A stretch of DNA of 64,000 bases from Cyanophora paradoxa CCMP329 (Eukaryota; Plantae; Glaucophyta): NCBI GenBank assembly GCA_004431415.1, contig QPMI01000231.1:1-64000 (forward strand). Direction: 5' to 3'. The notes under the pieces are model-generated. The model had not been told where the DNA came from and ran no database searches. It was given only the letters and a program-made list of their open reading frames with translations. This document shows, piece by piece, positions 37,001 to 49,051 of the stretch (position 1 is the first letter of the stretch; each line of letters begins with the position of its first letter). Position numbers and translations under genes: made by a program.

Positions 37001-37920
37001 CGCGCGTCACGGCGGGACCGCGGGGCGGCGCGCAAGGCGCACGGAGCCCGTGGCTGCATCCTCGGCGTACAGGTGCACGCGACCGTCCACCCCGCCCGCC
37101 GCCACCAACGCCGCCCCGCAGCCCGGCAGCACCGCCGCCGCAACCGCATGCATCATGCGCGGTGCATAGTCGAAGCGGGCCGCCGCCTTCCAGTCCCCGG
37201 CGCTTTCTGGGCGGCAGCGGCGAGATGTGCTTCAGCAGCTGGGCTGGGGGGCGCGGGGCAATGCGCACGAGGTCGCGTCCACACTCGCACGGAACCGTCC
37301 GCCGAACAACTGGCGATGAGCGTGCCAGCGTGCACGCGGCGCAACACCGCAAGGCAGGTCACAGCGTCTCCGTGCCCTGCGAGTACCGCAGCTCGCAACC
37401 ACTGCGCGGCACGAAGTGAGCACAACCCTAGCACTCTCACCGGCATCAGCCGCACCTCCGAGCGGTCGGCCCCGCCGGCCGAGCGCCAGATTGCGATCGT
37501 GCAGTCTGAGCTCGCGGACGCGATCTCGTCCTCTGCAGCAAGCTCCGCATCCCGGGCGCTCGCGGCTGGATCTACGCGCGCTCTCAGAGTCTGGTGCGAG
37601 CTGGCGACCTGGAGCTGCAAGCGCTGGCTCGCCTACTGGAATCCAGGAGATGGCGTTGACCCGCCCAGCGTGCCCGCAGAGTGTGCCGATCGTGCGCTCC
37701 TCCTGCGCGGGCGTCAGAGCGCTCGCACACGCGCGCGCGATCCGCGATCAGCGAGGTTTCCCAGCTGCGGCGTCTCGCGAACCTCCGGATCGTAGAGCGC
37801 GACGTAGTTGAACGCTCCAAAGGCGACGAGGCCATTGTTGCCCCACGCGGCGCAGTGCGGCGACCGATTGCACCCGATGCTCACGAAGCGCAGCAACGGC
37901 TCGCCGAGGGCGGTGCTCAT
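34087..37920 (-). CDS. ELP2: Elongator complex protein 2 (WD40)
   Basis: FVSIGCNRSPH, LSGHEDWVYG, LLSASMDRTM, WCEVARPQIHGYDL, PPLGLSNRP, LLQNTLWPEVQKL, AHERIVWACSW, FATGSRDQTVKIW, LASCSSDHSLRVY. Confidence 0.95.
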
Positions 37921-38680
37921 CGCGCGCGACCGGTACCGGTACTGACGTGCAGCTGCAGTCTGGCGAACGAAGGCGAACGAATTGCCGTACCCCCCCTTCG
38001 AAGGCGAGTCAGACATGTACAGCGGCGGGCCGGGGGCCGGGGGCGGATCCGGACCGGAGCGCGAGCGGGCGCGGCGGCGGCGGAGCGCGAGCGCGAGTGG
38101 GCGGCCGCGCGGGCGGCGTTGGCGGAGCGCGCGCGCGAGCGCGAGCGCGGGCCGGGTGGGCGGCCGAGCGGGCGGCGGTGCACGTGGCAGAGCGGCGGCG
38201 GCGCCGGCGGGCGGCGGCGGCGGCGGCGGCGATCGCGATAACTTTTCACCCGGCACAGAACGGCTAGTCGCTGCACAGCATGTTGTAGCCGGCAAGCTAG
38301 CGGGTAGAATGCACTAGCTTGCGCCGGGGACCCGGGAATTCCAAATACCCGAGGAGCGATTTCGCTTTAACCGATTTTTGACCGTGTTGCAATTGGGTCG
38401 ACCGGTAAAAACAACGAGCTGTGTTCATCATTTTTTTCAGAGCGTTTTTTACTGACGCCCGGTCGTGGGGTAGAGAGCTGCCAGCTGGCCGCAGCTGCCG
38501 CAGTGCGCAGCGCGCCCAAGCTGCGGAGTAAATACAAGCAAGGTGCGTCCTTGAAGAGCCCACTCGCGCTAGCCAAGTTACTAGTAGCGCTAGGCGCCTC
38601 GGACTGCATCGTCCCGTCTGGCCCCGTCCGGTCCGCCGTTCATTGCTCGCGGCAGGTCTGGTAGAACATCGCCCATCGCG

Positions 38681-40897
38681 ATGAAGGTGCTCGCACTCTC
38701 CCTCCGCAATGTGCCGGCCGTGCCGCAGTGCTGTGTCCGGGGACCGGGATCCGCGTCGCCGAGTCGGGCCTCCGAGCTCGAGCTCCCCGCCCCACGAAGT
38801 GCTGCCGCAATTCTAATGAGTTCTAGTTGTCATGCGCATCGTGATTCATCGCTTATCTACTCTAATTGCACACGGGCCGCTTGAGCCGGACACTAGCAAG
38901 TGCGAGCATGATCCGTCGATGCGTGGACATCGTCGAATCGGACCTATCGTCTTTTAAAGCGCGTCCCGACGATATCGATTCAGGACACCTGAGTCGTCAC
39001 GCGCAGGTCCGGTTTTGGACCGCGCTCGCGGTGCTGGCCGCGCTTGTGGCGTTGGCCGCGGCCGCTCATCCCCCTCCGCCGTTCACCGAGGTGAGGCAAA
39101 GCGCCCTGCGCCTGCGAGGACTTGACCCGCGGGACGCAGAAATGCCCAGGGGAGACCTGCGTGCCCTCGGTGCGCGTCCTGCAAGCGATGAGGGAGCCAC
39201 GCCTCGCCAACGCGCTCCCTCCGCGCCCGCGCAGAAGTGGGACGCGAAGGCGGGCAGCCTCGAGGTCTCTGGCAGCAACTGCCAGCGTGCAGTCGGGAGC
39301 AACTCAACGGTCGTGGATGCGCCGGCGGAGGCGTTCACGGGCATCCCTCCCCGCTACAGTCGCATCGTCATCAAGGGCAAGGCGCCAGCGGGCTATTCTT
39401 GGGCTGCCCCGGTGCAGGTCAATATCCAGCCGGCCTCGGCGCCTGTCACGGACCCCGCCACGTTCGGGTACTTCCGCCCTGCCAGATTGCGACCGGCGTG
39501 GCCATGGGAGGGACCTTTTTTTTCGCAGATGTGTGTTCCCTCCGCCTTCCCCCCCGCCGTCCTCGGGCCGGCGCCTGCTGTCGCCCGCGAACAACAACGA
39601 CGACAAGAAGGGCGACGACAAGAAGGACGACGGCAAGAAGGAGGACGACAAGAAGGACGACGGCAAGAAGGAGGACGACAAGAAGGACGACGGCAAGAAG
39701 CCGGCCTGCTACGCGATCCGCATCTCGCCAAACTGCACGGAGGGTGCGCCTTTCGCCTTGCCGCGGCCTCGTGCATCAGCTCACATGGCGCTGCCGCTCC
39801 CGTTGGCCAGTCGGGCTCGTGAACGTCGATTACGCGGTCCGCCGCCCCCGTTGGCCAATCGTCTAAATGACCCTCAAACCGCCTCGATGGCAGCTTGTCG
39901 TCGATGGCAGCTTCCTCGTCCACATCAATGTCCGCCTCCCTCTCCCCGTCTCCCCCTTGCCCTCCTCGAGGCTCTCGGGCCTTTTCTCGCGCCTTTATTT
40001 TCGCGCCTTCGGCGCCTTCCCTCGGATCGCGGTGCATATTTTAACTCGTGACTCGGCGCGATGCCGCACGCGCAGGTGTCGGGCCAGCCCATCGCCGGCT
40101 CGCCGTTCGCAGTGACGGTCAAGAAGGGCGACTCCGGCGCAATCGCCTTTTTCGAGAAGGTCCGCCGCGGTCGCCCCGCCCCGCCCCCGCCGCTGCGCCT
40201 CACGCCTCCTCCGCGCCAGGGCGGCAGCGCTAGCAAGATCGTCGTGAAGGTGCAGGCCGCCGGCGCCGGCCGCCCCCCGGGGCGCGCCGGCGAGCGGGGG
40301 CGGGGCGGCAGTTCGACGGCCCGACGAACAAGCCGAAGCTGGAGAAGTGCTCCGACGCCTTCGACGAGGCGACCGTGACCGCCCTCGGCGGCGCCGGCGC
40401 CAAGTGACCCCGCCCCCCTTCGCCCCCAACGCGTACCCTCACGCCACCCAGGTGCGAGTGGACGAAGGACGGCGCGGCCATCGAGGTCAAGCTCGGTGCC
40501 CGGCCCCCCGTGCCCCCGACGCCGCCCTTTGCTGACGCTCGTCCTGCAGGCAACAAGGCCAACCCGAAGAGTGTCACGTTCAAGAGCGGTAACGGCATCA
40601 AGGCACGAACGCTCTACGTCTGATGCCGTGCGCTCGCCTCGCCACCTGACGCGCGCGTTGCCGCAGATCAAGACCTTCGCGAGCGAGGAGGCGTCGGGCA
40701 CAGTCGAGGTCGCCAAGTCCGAGGACGCCGCCAAGGAGAAGGACGGCAATCAGAAGAGCGAGGTGCACGCCTCCCCTTACCCCCCACCCCTCCATCTTCC
40801 CCCCCCCCCCTCCCCCCCCCAACCCCCCCCAACCCCCAACCCTAACCCCAACCCCAACCCCAACCCCCCTCTTCTCCCCTCCCCCCCCCCCTCTCTC

Positions 40898-40960
<63 letters not shown>

Positions 40961-43900
40961 CTCCCCACACAACCCCCAACCCCAACCCCAACCCCACACA
41001 TACACACGTATACACCAAATCCCCGCATCATGGGCTTTCGATTGCAATGAGGTCCATGACTTGGCCACGTAGGATGAGAAGAAGAAGGAGGAGGAGGGCA
41101 AGAAGAAGGCGGAGGAGGACAAGAAGAAGGTCCGCGTGGCAGGCCACCTGGCGGCCCACCCCTCCCCTGCCTGAACCGCGCGCGCAGGAGGAGAAGGTGC
41201 CCTTCGCGGGCGGCAGCCAGCCGGGGCGCCGCCTTGGTTGTGAACCCGCGGCGCCCCGCAGAAGAAGGAGGAGGAGCAGAAGAAGAGCGGCTCGGCCCCC
41301 CGCAAGCAGGTGCGCCTGCAGCGCGACGGTCGCCGCACCGGGGGCCTTCTGAGCGCCCCGCGCGCTCGTCCCGCGAAGGACGACCGGGCGCGCATTGAGT
41401 TCAAGGGCGCGGCCTTCCTTACGGCCTGCACCGACAAGAAGGACGTGCGCGGCGCCGGCGCCGCGCGGCCTCGCCCCGCGCCGCTCCCGACGGAGCGACG
41501 CCCCGCGCGCAGTTCCGCTACCAGTGCGAGGCGAAGGGCCTCGACGGTCGCCTGTGCGCCCCCGCCCGCGGCCCTGCCCTCGCCCCGCGCGCCCGCTCAC
41601 GCGCCCCACCGCGCCCCCGCGCAGCGACTGGGACGTGGTGGTGCGAGGCGCCTCGCCCCGCGCCGCCCTCGCCGCGCCCGACAGGCCGTGCAGCCGCTGG
41701 GCGGGAACGCGAGCGCGCCGGCGGCCCTCGCGGAGGCCATCGCGAAGGCGGACAAGAAGGGCCTCGAGATGCCCCAGTCGCTCCCGACGGGCCAGTGTGA
41801 GCCCCGCCCCGCCCCGCCGCCCCGCGCCCCCTCACGCGCCCCGCCAGACAACGTCTCCTGCACGGCCATCAACACCGAGACCGACGTGCGGCGGGTGGCG
41901 GGGCGGGGGCCGGCGCGTGGCTGGCGCGGGGCGGGGCTGAGGTGCGGGCCAGGTCTCGGTGACGCGGTGGAAGGTGGTGACGGTCTCGAGCGAGGCGGTG
42001 CTGCCGGCCGCCGTGCCCCTCTTCACCGACCGCGTCTTCTTCCTCGGCCAGGAGAAGGCCCGCCCCGGCTCCCCCGGCCCGCCCCCGCTCCCCCTCATCC
42101 CCCGCCCCCCCCACAGGTCTACGTCGGCGTCGAGCCCGCCGGTGCGCCGCGGCGTCGGCGACGCACCGCACGCCGGCGCGCTACTGAGGCCCCGCCCCGC
42201 AGTCCCCAAGAAGTGCGGCGACAAGAAGCTGCGGGTGCGGGTGGCGTGGACGGTGCTGGAGGGGACGCTGGCGGGCCCCAGCGGCAACGCTGTGACCTCG
42301 TTCGACAAGCCCGTGTGGGACGTCACCAAGCTCGTCGTTGTGCGCCCCGCCCCGCGCCCGGCCCTGCCCGCTGCCCGCCCACGCGCGCGACAGGCCGGCA
42401 AGCAGTACAAGTTCGAGGCCCGCACCACCATCGAGGGCGTCCAGGCCGTCGACACCCAGATCGTGCGCCAGCGCGCCTAGGACCTAGCACCCAGCTCGTG
42501 AGGCTGCTGCTACCGCTTGCCCATGCTGGGCGACGGAGCCTTCAAATTGGAACGGTGCTGCGGTGCTCCTCAGAAGCGCCCGAACCTTAGCCTTTTCCGC
42601 ACGATCGCCTGGAGTACGAGGGAGGGCTTGCTGGAGTCTGCCGCTGACGGGCCCCGCAGATCTCGATCTCCGTCAACGCGTCGGCCCCTGACGCGCGCAT
42701 CGTCGGCGGTGAGGCCCTCCCCGGCCCGCCCGCCGCCGTCCGGGCGCCGAGCGCCCGCTGCAGGGTCTTCTCGCACCATCGGCACGGGCAACAACCTGAA
42801 GGTTCGCCTTGTACGGAAGGACCAGGTGCGAAGCGGCCCCAACCCCGGCGCGCTTCCCGGCCCTCACGCCCGCGCAGAAGGGCGTGAGCATCGTCTGGTC
42901 GTGCGGCACCGCCAACGCGACCAACTCCACGGGCTCCTCCAGCGACTTCGGCGGCGGTGCGCCCTCCCCGGCCGGCCCTGAGCCGGCGCCCCCGGGCCCG
43001 ACCGGCGCGCAGCGTGCCCGGGGGCGCTCGTGGGGCCGGCGAACAAGGAGGAGTGGGAGATCACGCGGGGGGCGGTCCCCGCCGGCGTCTACCTCATCTC
43101 GGTGACGGTCACGCGCGACGGCGAGTCGGCGAGCGCCTCGCAGCAGATCCGCGTCGTCAACGGCTCCGTCCCCATCATCTTCATCACCGCCAGGGTCCCC
43201 TCGTGCGCCGCACCCCGGCCCGCCTGTCGCCGGCCGGCCGGGGCGCGCTGAGGGAGGGGTGCGGCAGGGTCGGGGGGTTCCCGTCGAACCAGGCCCTGCG
43301 CGTGAAGGCCGAGGTGGAGGACTCCGAGGGCGAGGGGAACTACCTCTACTACTGGAGCGCCACCGCCTCCGACGGCAGCGCCATCAACTTCCCCTTCCCC
43401 GTCCGCCCCCCGCCACCCGCCCGCGCCCAGCCCCGCGACGCGCCGCCCCGCAGGTGCCGACCAAGGACAACCGGGTGAAGTCGCTGACCTTCCCGCCCGG
43501 CACCTTCGCGAACCAAAGCGCGAGCGGCGCCTCTGTCACCAGTGCGCCCCGTCCGCCTCCCTCCGCCCGCGCCCCTCACGCCGCCCTGCAGTCAAGGTCA
43601 CCGTGCAGTCCGGTCCGGCCCCGCGACCCGCCCGCCGGCACGCCGGGGCGTGAGTCGTTGACGGCGCGGGGGGCGCAGTGAGCGCGGAGCTGACTGTGAC
43701 GCTGGCGACGCCGCCGACGTGCTCGCTGGCGCCCGACGCGTGCTGCGCGATCACCTCGCCCGCCTCCGCCGCCTCCATCATCCCCGGCGTCACCCCCGTC
43801 GAGGTCACCTGCGGCGGGTCCGCACCCCCCCCACACACACACACACACACACCCGCCGCCGCCGACGCGCCTCTTGCAGGTGGACGAGCGCCGCGGGGCA

Positions 43901-46215
43901 GATCTCGTATGCCCCGCGCGCCCTCAAGCGGGGCCGCTCGGTCTCCGACATCGCCTCCGGCTCCGACCCTCGGAACTCCTTTTCGCTGCGCCCCCCTACT
44001 CGTGACTCGTCCTATTCCTTCAAACTGCGGTAAAGAAATTATTTTCGTGGCGCGGCCTCTTCCTGCTGCGGCCGCCGACGACGGCTGCGGTTCGTAGCCC
44101 CGGCAAGGGCGCCCGCCAGCGCGACGACTCCGTCGTGGTGCGCCCCCCCCCCCCCCCCTTCGCCCTCGGGCCCCGGCCCCGGCCGAGCGGGCGGCAGCTG
44201 TTCATCGTCGTGACCGACGAGTCTGGGGCGGCCTCGCGGGAGGTCATCACCTTCGCGGCGCCGCGTGACCCGACCGGCCCCGAGCTCGCCGGCGAGCTGC
44301 AGGCGTCGACGGGCGAGCTCCAGGAGTTCCTCAACGCGACGAGCAGCGGCAATGCCACCGACACCGAGCTCGAGGACAACGCCGAGGTCGTCTCCCAGCT
44401 CGTCAACACCCTCAACGTCCGCCCTCCCGCCCCCCGCCCGCCGCGCGCCCGCCGAGCGGCGCGCAGACCGAGCCAAGCGGGGACCTCGAGCGGAACATCA
44501 CCGCCGCCACCACCGCGAACGTGACGACGGAGAGCGGCCTGCCGGCGCTCAACACGACCGACGCCGGCAACGCGACGGCGCCGGCCTCGCGGCGGCGCCA
44601 CGCCAAGGCCTGGTGGGGCTCCCCCCGCCGCCGCCGCCAGCTGCGCCAGGTCTCTTCCAGCGAGACCGCCGCCGCCGCGAGCACCGCCCTCAAGGCCCAG
44701 GCGCGCCCGCCCCGCCCCGCGTCGCCCCGGTCCGCCGAGCGCGGCGCAGACGGCCATCCTCAAGGGCAGCAGCACCCTCACCAACGACCTCCTCAGCACC
44801 GCCTCAAACACCTACGCCACCTCGGTCCGCCCGCCCCGCCCCGCTTCGCGCCCCGGGCTCCGGCGACCAAACCAGCGGGGGCGGGGGGCAGCTCCAGTCG
44901 GTGGCCCTCTCGGTGACGAACGCGGCGCTGACGAGCGCGTCGGACGCGACCGACCTCCTTAGCCAGGCGCGCCCAGGCGCCGGGGCGGGGCGGGGCGGGG
45001 CGGGGCGTGACGGGGCGGGCAGATGGCGACCTCGCTCGGCTCCCTCGACGACACCGAGAAGGACCGCATCTGCGCGACCAACACCTTCTTCGACCAGGCG
45101 CCGCCCCCCGCCCGCCCCCGCCGCCCCCGGCGGTGGGCCGAGCGGGGCGCGCAGGTGGTCCTCGGGACGGGCTTCCTGGCGCAGGGGGCCCCCGCGTACC
45201 GCGCCCTCGACTTCAACGGCGCCCTCACCAGCGTCAAGCGCGTCCTCGAGTCCGCCCCGCCCACCCCGCCGCGCCGCCCCGCCCCCGGCCCACGGCCCCG
45301 CAGCTTCTACTCCGCCAACTGCGCCATCACGGGCGCGGCGGCGAGCGTCTTCCCGGCCTCGGAGTCGCTGATCAGCGGGGTCCCCTCGAACATGAAGGCG
45401 GCCGTGCAGCGCGTGACGCGCACCGCCCTCCAGGCGTCCGGTGCAGCGACCGACTCGGTTATCGCCGCCTCGGCGGCCGGCTCGATCACGTGCCCGGGCT
45501 CGAGCTTCCGCCTGCCCTCCCTCGCGAGCGTCACCGGCTTCACGGGCGACGAGGCGACCATCGTGCACCTCCACCTCTGCCGCGCCACCTACCTCCCCGA
45601 GACCCGCGTCTCCAAGTCGTGCGCCCGCCGCGCCCCGCCCCCCCCCCCCGCCCGCCCCCGCCCGCCCCGCCCCGCCCCGCCCCGCCCCGCCCCGCCCCGC
45701 CCGCTCTGACGCCCCGCAGGGTCCCCGCCGGCGCCCCGGTCGCTGCCCTCGAGGTCAGGAATGCGGACGGGTCGGTGGTGCCGGTGCGGGCGCCGGGTGG
45801 CGGGGCGGGCGTCGGGGGCGGGGGCCGACGGCTCGGCGCAGGTCTCGGGCCTCACCGCCACGCCCATCACCATCGCCTTCACCAGTGCCGGTTCCGGCGC
45901 CGCCACCGGTGCGCTCCGCCCCGTCGCCTTGCCGGCCGCGGGGCCGAGGCCGGCGCAGAGAAGCTGGCGCTGCGCTCGTCGGCGGACGGGGGCGCCTCGT
46001 GGTCGGAGGTCGGCTTCGCGGGCGTCACGCGCGACGGCACCACGCTCTCCGGCACCTCCACGCACCTCACCCTCTTCGCCTTCGTCGATCTCACGACGCT
46101 CTCGAGCTTGGCGAATTTCATTCCGGGGGCCCTGCTCGGCGCCGCCCCCGCCCTGGGCCCTGCCCTCGTCACCCTCCTCGCTGCGCTCGCTGCCACCCTC
46201 GTGACCGCCTTCTGA
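38681..46215 (+). CDS. Large secreted/surface protein: signal peptide, filamin-like Ig repeat, PKD/REJ-like region, GPS/GAIN motif, hydrophobic C-terminus
   Basis: MK|VRFWTALAVLAALVALAAAA signal; GSFLVHINVSGQPIAGSPFAVTV (filamin-like); GVYLISVTVTRDGESASASQQIRV and YLYYWS..SLTFPPGTF (REJ-like); WSEVG...STHLTLFAFV (GPS); GPI-like tail; dozens of short exons. Confidence 0.75.
40790..41010 (+). repeat. Intronic low-complexity tract: poly-C, (CA)n and (CCCCAA)n
   Basis: Directly visible; lies inside a ~310-nt intron. Confidence 0.9.
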
Positions 46216-46824
46216 ACCGGCCGCCGAGGCGCAAAATAAAGCTGGCCGTGCTTGCACGGCCCGCCAGCTTTCGTTTTCCGTGCGCTTTAAGCTTTTAGTT
46301 AGTTGTAAAGTTCGCGGTAATTCATGCTCCAGTTCATTTCGGAACATCAGGATCCGGACGAAGCGATGCCTCCTGATCCCGGGTCCCCCTGATCATGAGC
46401 GATGCCGCGCGCGGGCGGGGCGATGTCTATAAAGCATATCTTACGACGGTCCTCAGTGGTATCTAGTCGGGGAGACATATTGGGCGATGTGGAACTCATG
46501 ATCATGGTAGTTGTACATGTGTTGCCAAGTTGTGTGCTAATGCAAGATCTGGAGATACACCGGGCGATGTCTAGCTGGTAGAAGCCTTGAAGCTCGTCGA
46601 GTCGAGATCGACTCGAGAGCTCGCTGCAATTTTAATTTCGAATTCAAGCTCGAGCTAAAGGTGAGCGCATGTCAGCTCAGTTCCGGACCAGGAGGCGCTC
46701 TAGATCTCGTCCCGGGATCCGGATGATCGGCCATCGCATCGCTGGACCTAGACGGCAGGCGTGCACGAGACTCGAAGGCATGTGCTTTGCGACACTGGAG
46801 CGCAGAGGAGAGATTGGGGCGGGC

Positions 46825-48723
46825 CTACTCGGGGCGGGAGCGCATGTGGCTGGCCTCCGCCTCGAGCTCCTGCAGGGGAGTGAGGCGGGTCGGGGCGCGC
46901 GGGGGGCGCGGGGCACCTCGACCGTGTCCCACGCCACGCGCGCCTCCTTCGAGGTCGCCCCGAACTTCGCCGTGGCCTGCGGGGGCGTCGGGGCGACGCG
47001 GGGCCGCCGCGGTGGGCGAGCGGGGCACCTCGCGGGCGCTCTCGATGGCGGCCTGCACCTTGACGGCCACCTCCCGGTCCTTCCTGCGCCCCGCGTCGCG
47101 CCCCGCCCCGCCCAGCCCTGCCCCGCCCGCCAACCCCTCGCGCACGCGTTCTCCGCCCGCTGGTACGGCTCCGCTTTCTCGGCCTTGAAGGCTGCGGGGC
47201 GTGGGCGGGGGCGCCGCGGGCGGCCGGCGCGGCGGCGCGCACTCTCGGAGACCTTGACGGCGGAGAGGCGCTGGTGGCCGGCCTCCGCCTCCAGCTCCTG
47301 CGCCGCGGCCCGTTGGCGGCGCCTGGCGGGGCGGGCGGGGAAGGGGGGCGGCGCGCCTCGAACGCGTCCCAGGCGGCGGCGGCCTCCTTGGAGCGCGGGC
47401 CGAATTTATTCGTCGCCTCCTGCGCCCGCGCCCGCGCCCGCTCGATCTTCCCCGCCACCATCTCCGACACCCTGCGCGCCGTCATCCGCCGCCCGCCGCC
47501 GGGCCCGCCGCCGGCCCCGCCCCGCGCACTCGTTCTGGGCCATGTCCGTGGCGGCGGCTGCGGGCGAATAAGGGCGGTGCAGGCTTCATGGCAGGCATGG
47601 GGCGCTACCGGAGGGGTTGAAGTCGCCGAAGAAGGTGCCCTTGTCGAGCCGCTCCTGCCGCCCCGCCCCTCAGCGCCCCGCTCGCGAACGCCCGCCTGCA
47701 GGCGCGCGACCTCCCCGCGGACCTTCATCTCCGTCGACTCGCGGGGCCCGGAGCCCATGAAAGGCTGGAAGGTCGCGGCCTCCGCTGCGCGTACCCTCAG
47801 AGCGGCCGAAAGAGAAAGGAAAAGAAATCCAGCGCACGGGCGGCGGCCTGGACCGAAGCCTTGGCGGCGCTCTTGATGTGAGAGAGCTCGGCCTCGAGCT
47901 CCTGCGCGGGGGCGTCGGGCGGGATGCGACCACCGGAGCGCGGCGGCTCGGCACCTCGACGTCGTCCCACGCGACGCGCGCCTCCTTCGACGTGGCGCCG
48001 AACTTCGCGGACGCTTCCCGGGCCTTGGTGAGGGCCTCCTGGATGCGCTCGCCGAGGGACGCCACCGCCGCGTCGTCCAGCTGGATCGGCGTCGACTTGC
48101 GGTTCGCGTAGGTCGGGACCTGCAGCGTCGACTCCCCGCCAGTCGGCTTGCCATCACGACCCTTCGCGTGCGCGACCTCAGCCTCGAGCTCCTGCCGCAC
48201 TTCCGCGTGAGCGGGACAAGTGCGCACATGCGCGAATCGGCCAGGCCGGAAAGCGAGGCAGGGGGCCATCGGAACGAACCTCAACAGCGTCCCAGGCACT
48301 GGCGGCTTCCTTGGAGCTGGCACCGAACTGCTTGGTCGCCGAGCGCGCCTTCAGGATCTCCTCCTCCAGGCGCCTCTGGGCGTCTCTGCATAACCGCAGG
48401 GGCAAAGCCGACGTCAGCATGGCTAGGTAATTCAACACGTAAAGACGCGAAAGACGAAGGCGGACGCACTCGAGCGACGCACAGACGCCGAAAACGATCC
48501 GTGCACGCGCAACTGCCATCGGCAGATTAGAGACGGGGGGCAGCCTGGAGACTGTAGCAACCGGCCGCGAACCATTCTGTGCCGAGAAACGGGCCGGCTT
48601 CACGCCCACGAAGGCATTGCGGATTTTCGCCTTCGCGGCTTGCGCGCGCACGACGCCAGACTGTGCCGCCGGCGAAGGGCGGGGCAGCGCCGCGGGAACA
48701 GTGACTACGAACGACGCAGACAT
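46825..48723 (-). CDS. Plastid-targeted protein with four tandem CP12-like modules
   Basis: Transit-peptide-like MSASFVVTVPAALPRPSPAAQ...; modules AWDAVE|ELEAEVAH, AWDDVE|ELEAELSH, AWDAFE|ELEAEAGH, AWDTVE|ELEAEASH; TAG 46825. Confidence 0.85.
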
Positions 48724-49051
48724 AGTTGTGCGTGTGTCGCTCGTTGAACGCTTGTGTGATCGATGGGGGGGTACTCCCAGAAGCCGCTCTCTGTGCGGCA
48801 GTGCGCGCGACCTACTACGTACACACTGGAAGCCTAGGCGGGAGCGATGTGAGGAGCGAACGTCGACTGTAGAAGCCGACTTCGGGATGCCCTAGGCCTC
48901 ACCGTCGGACGTCTACGTGCCCCGCCGTCAGGGTCGACTCGGCGACGTCGACGTCGACCCGCTAATAGGGCCGCTATAGGCATAAACTATGAACTCCGCT
49001 GCGCTCGATCCGATGGGCAGTGTGCAGAATTCGAGACTAGTACGCGCGACG

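Noticed and set aside
35161-38317. Numerous Arg/Pro/Gly-rich plus-strand ORFs
   Set aside because: Artefacts of extreme GC content opposite ELP2.
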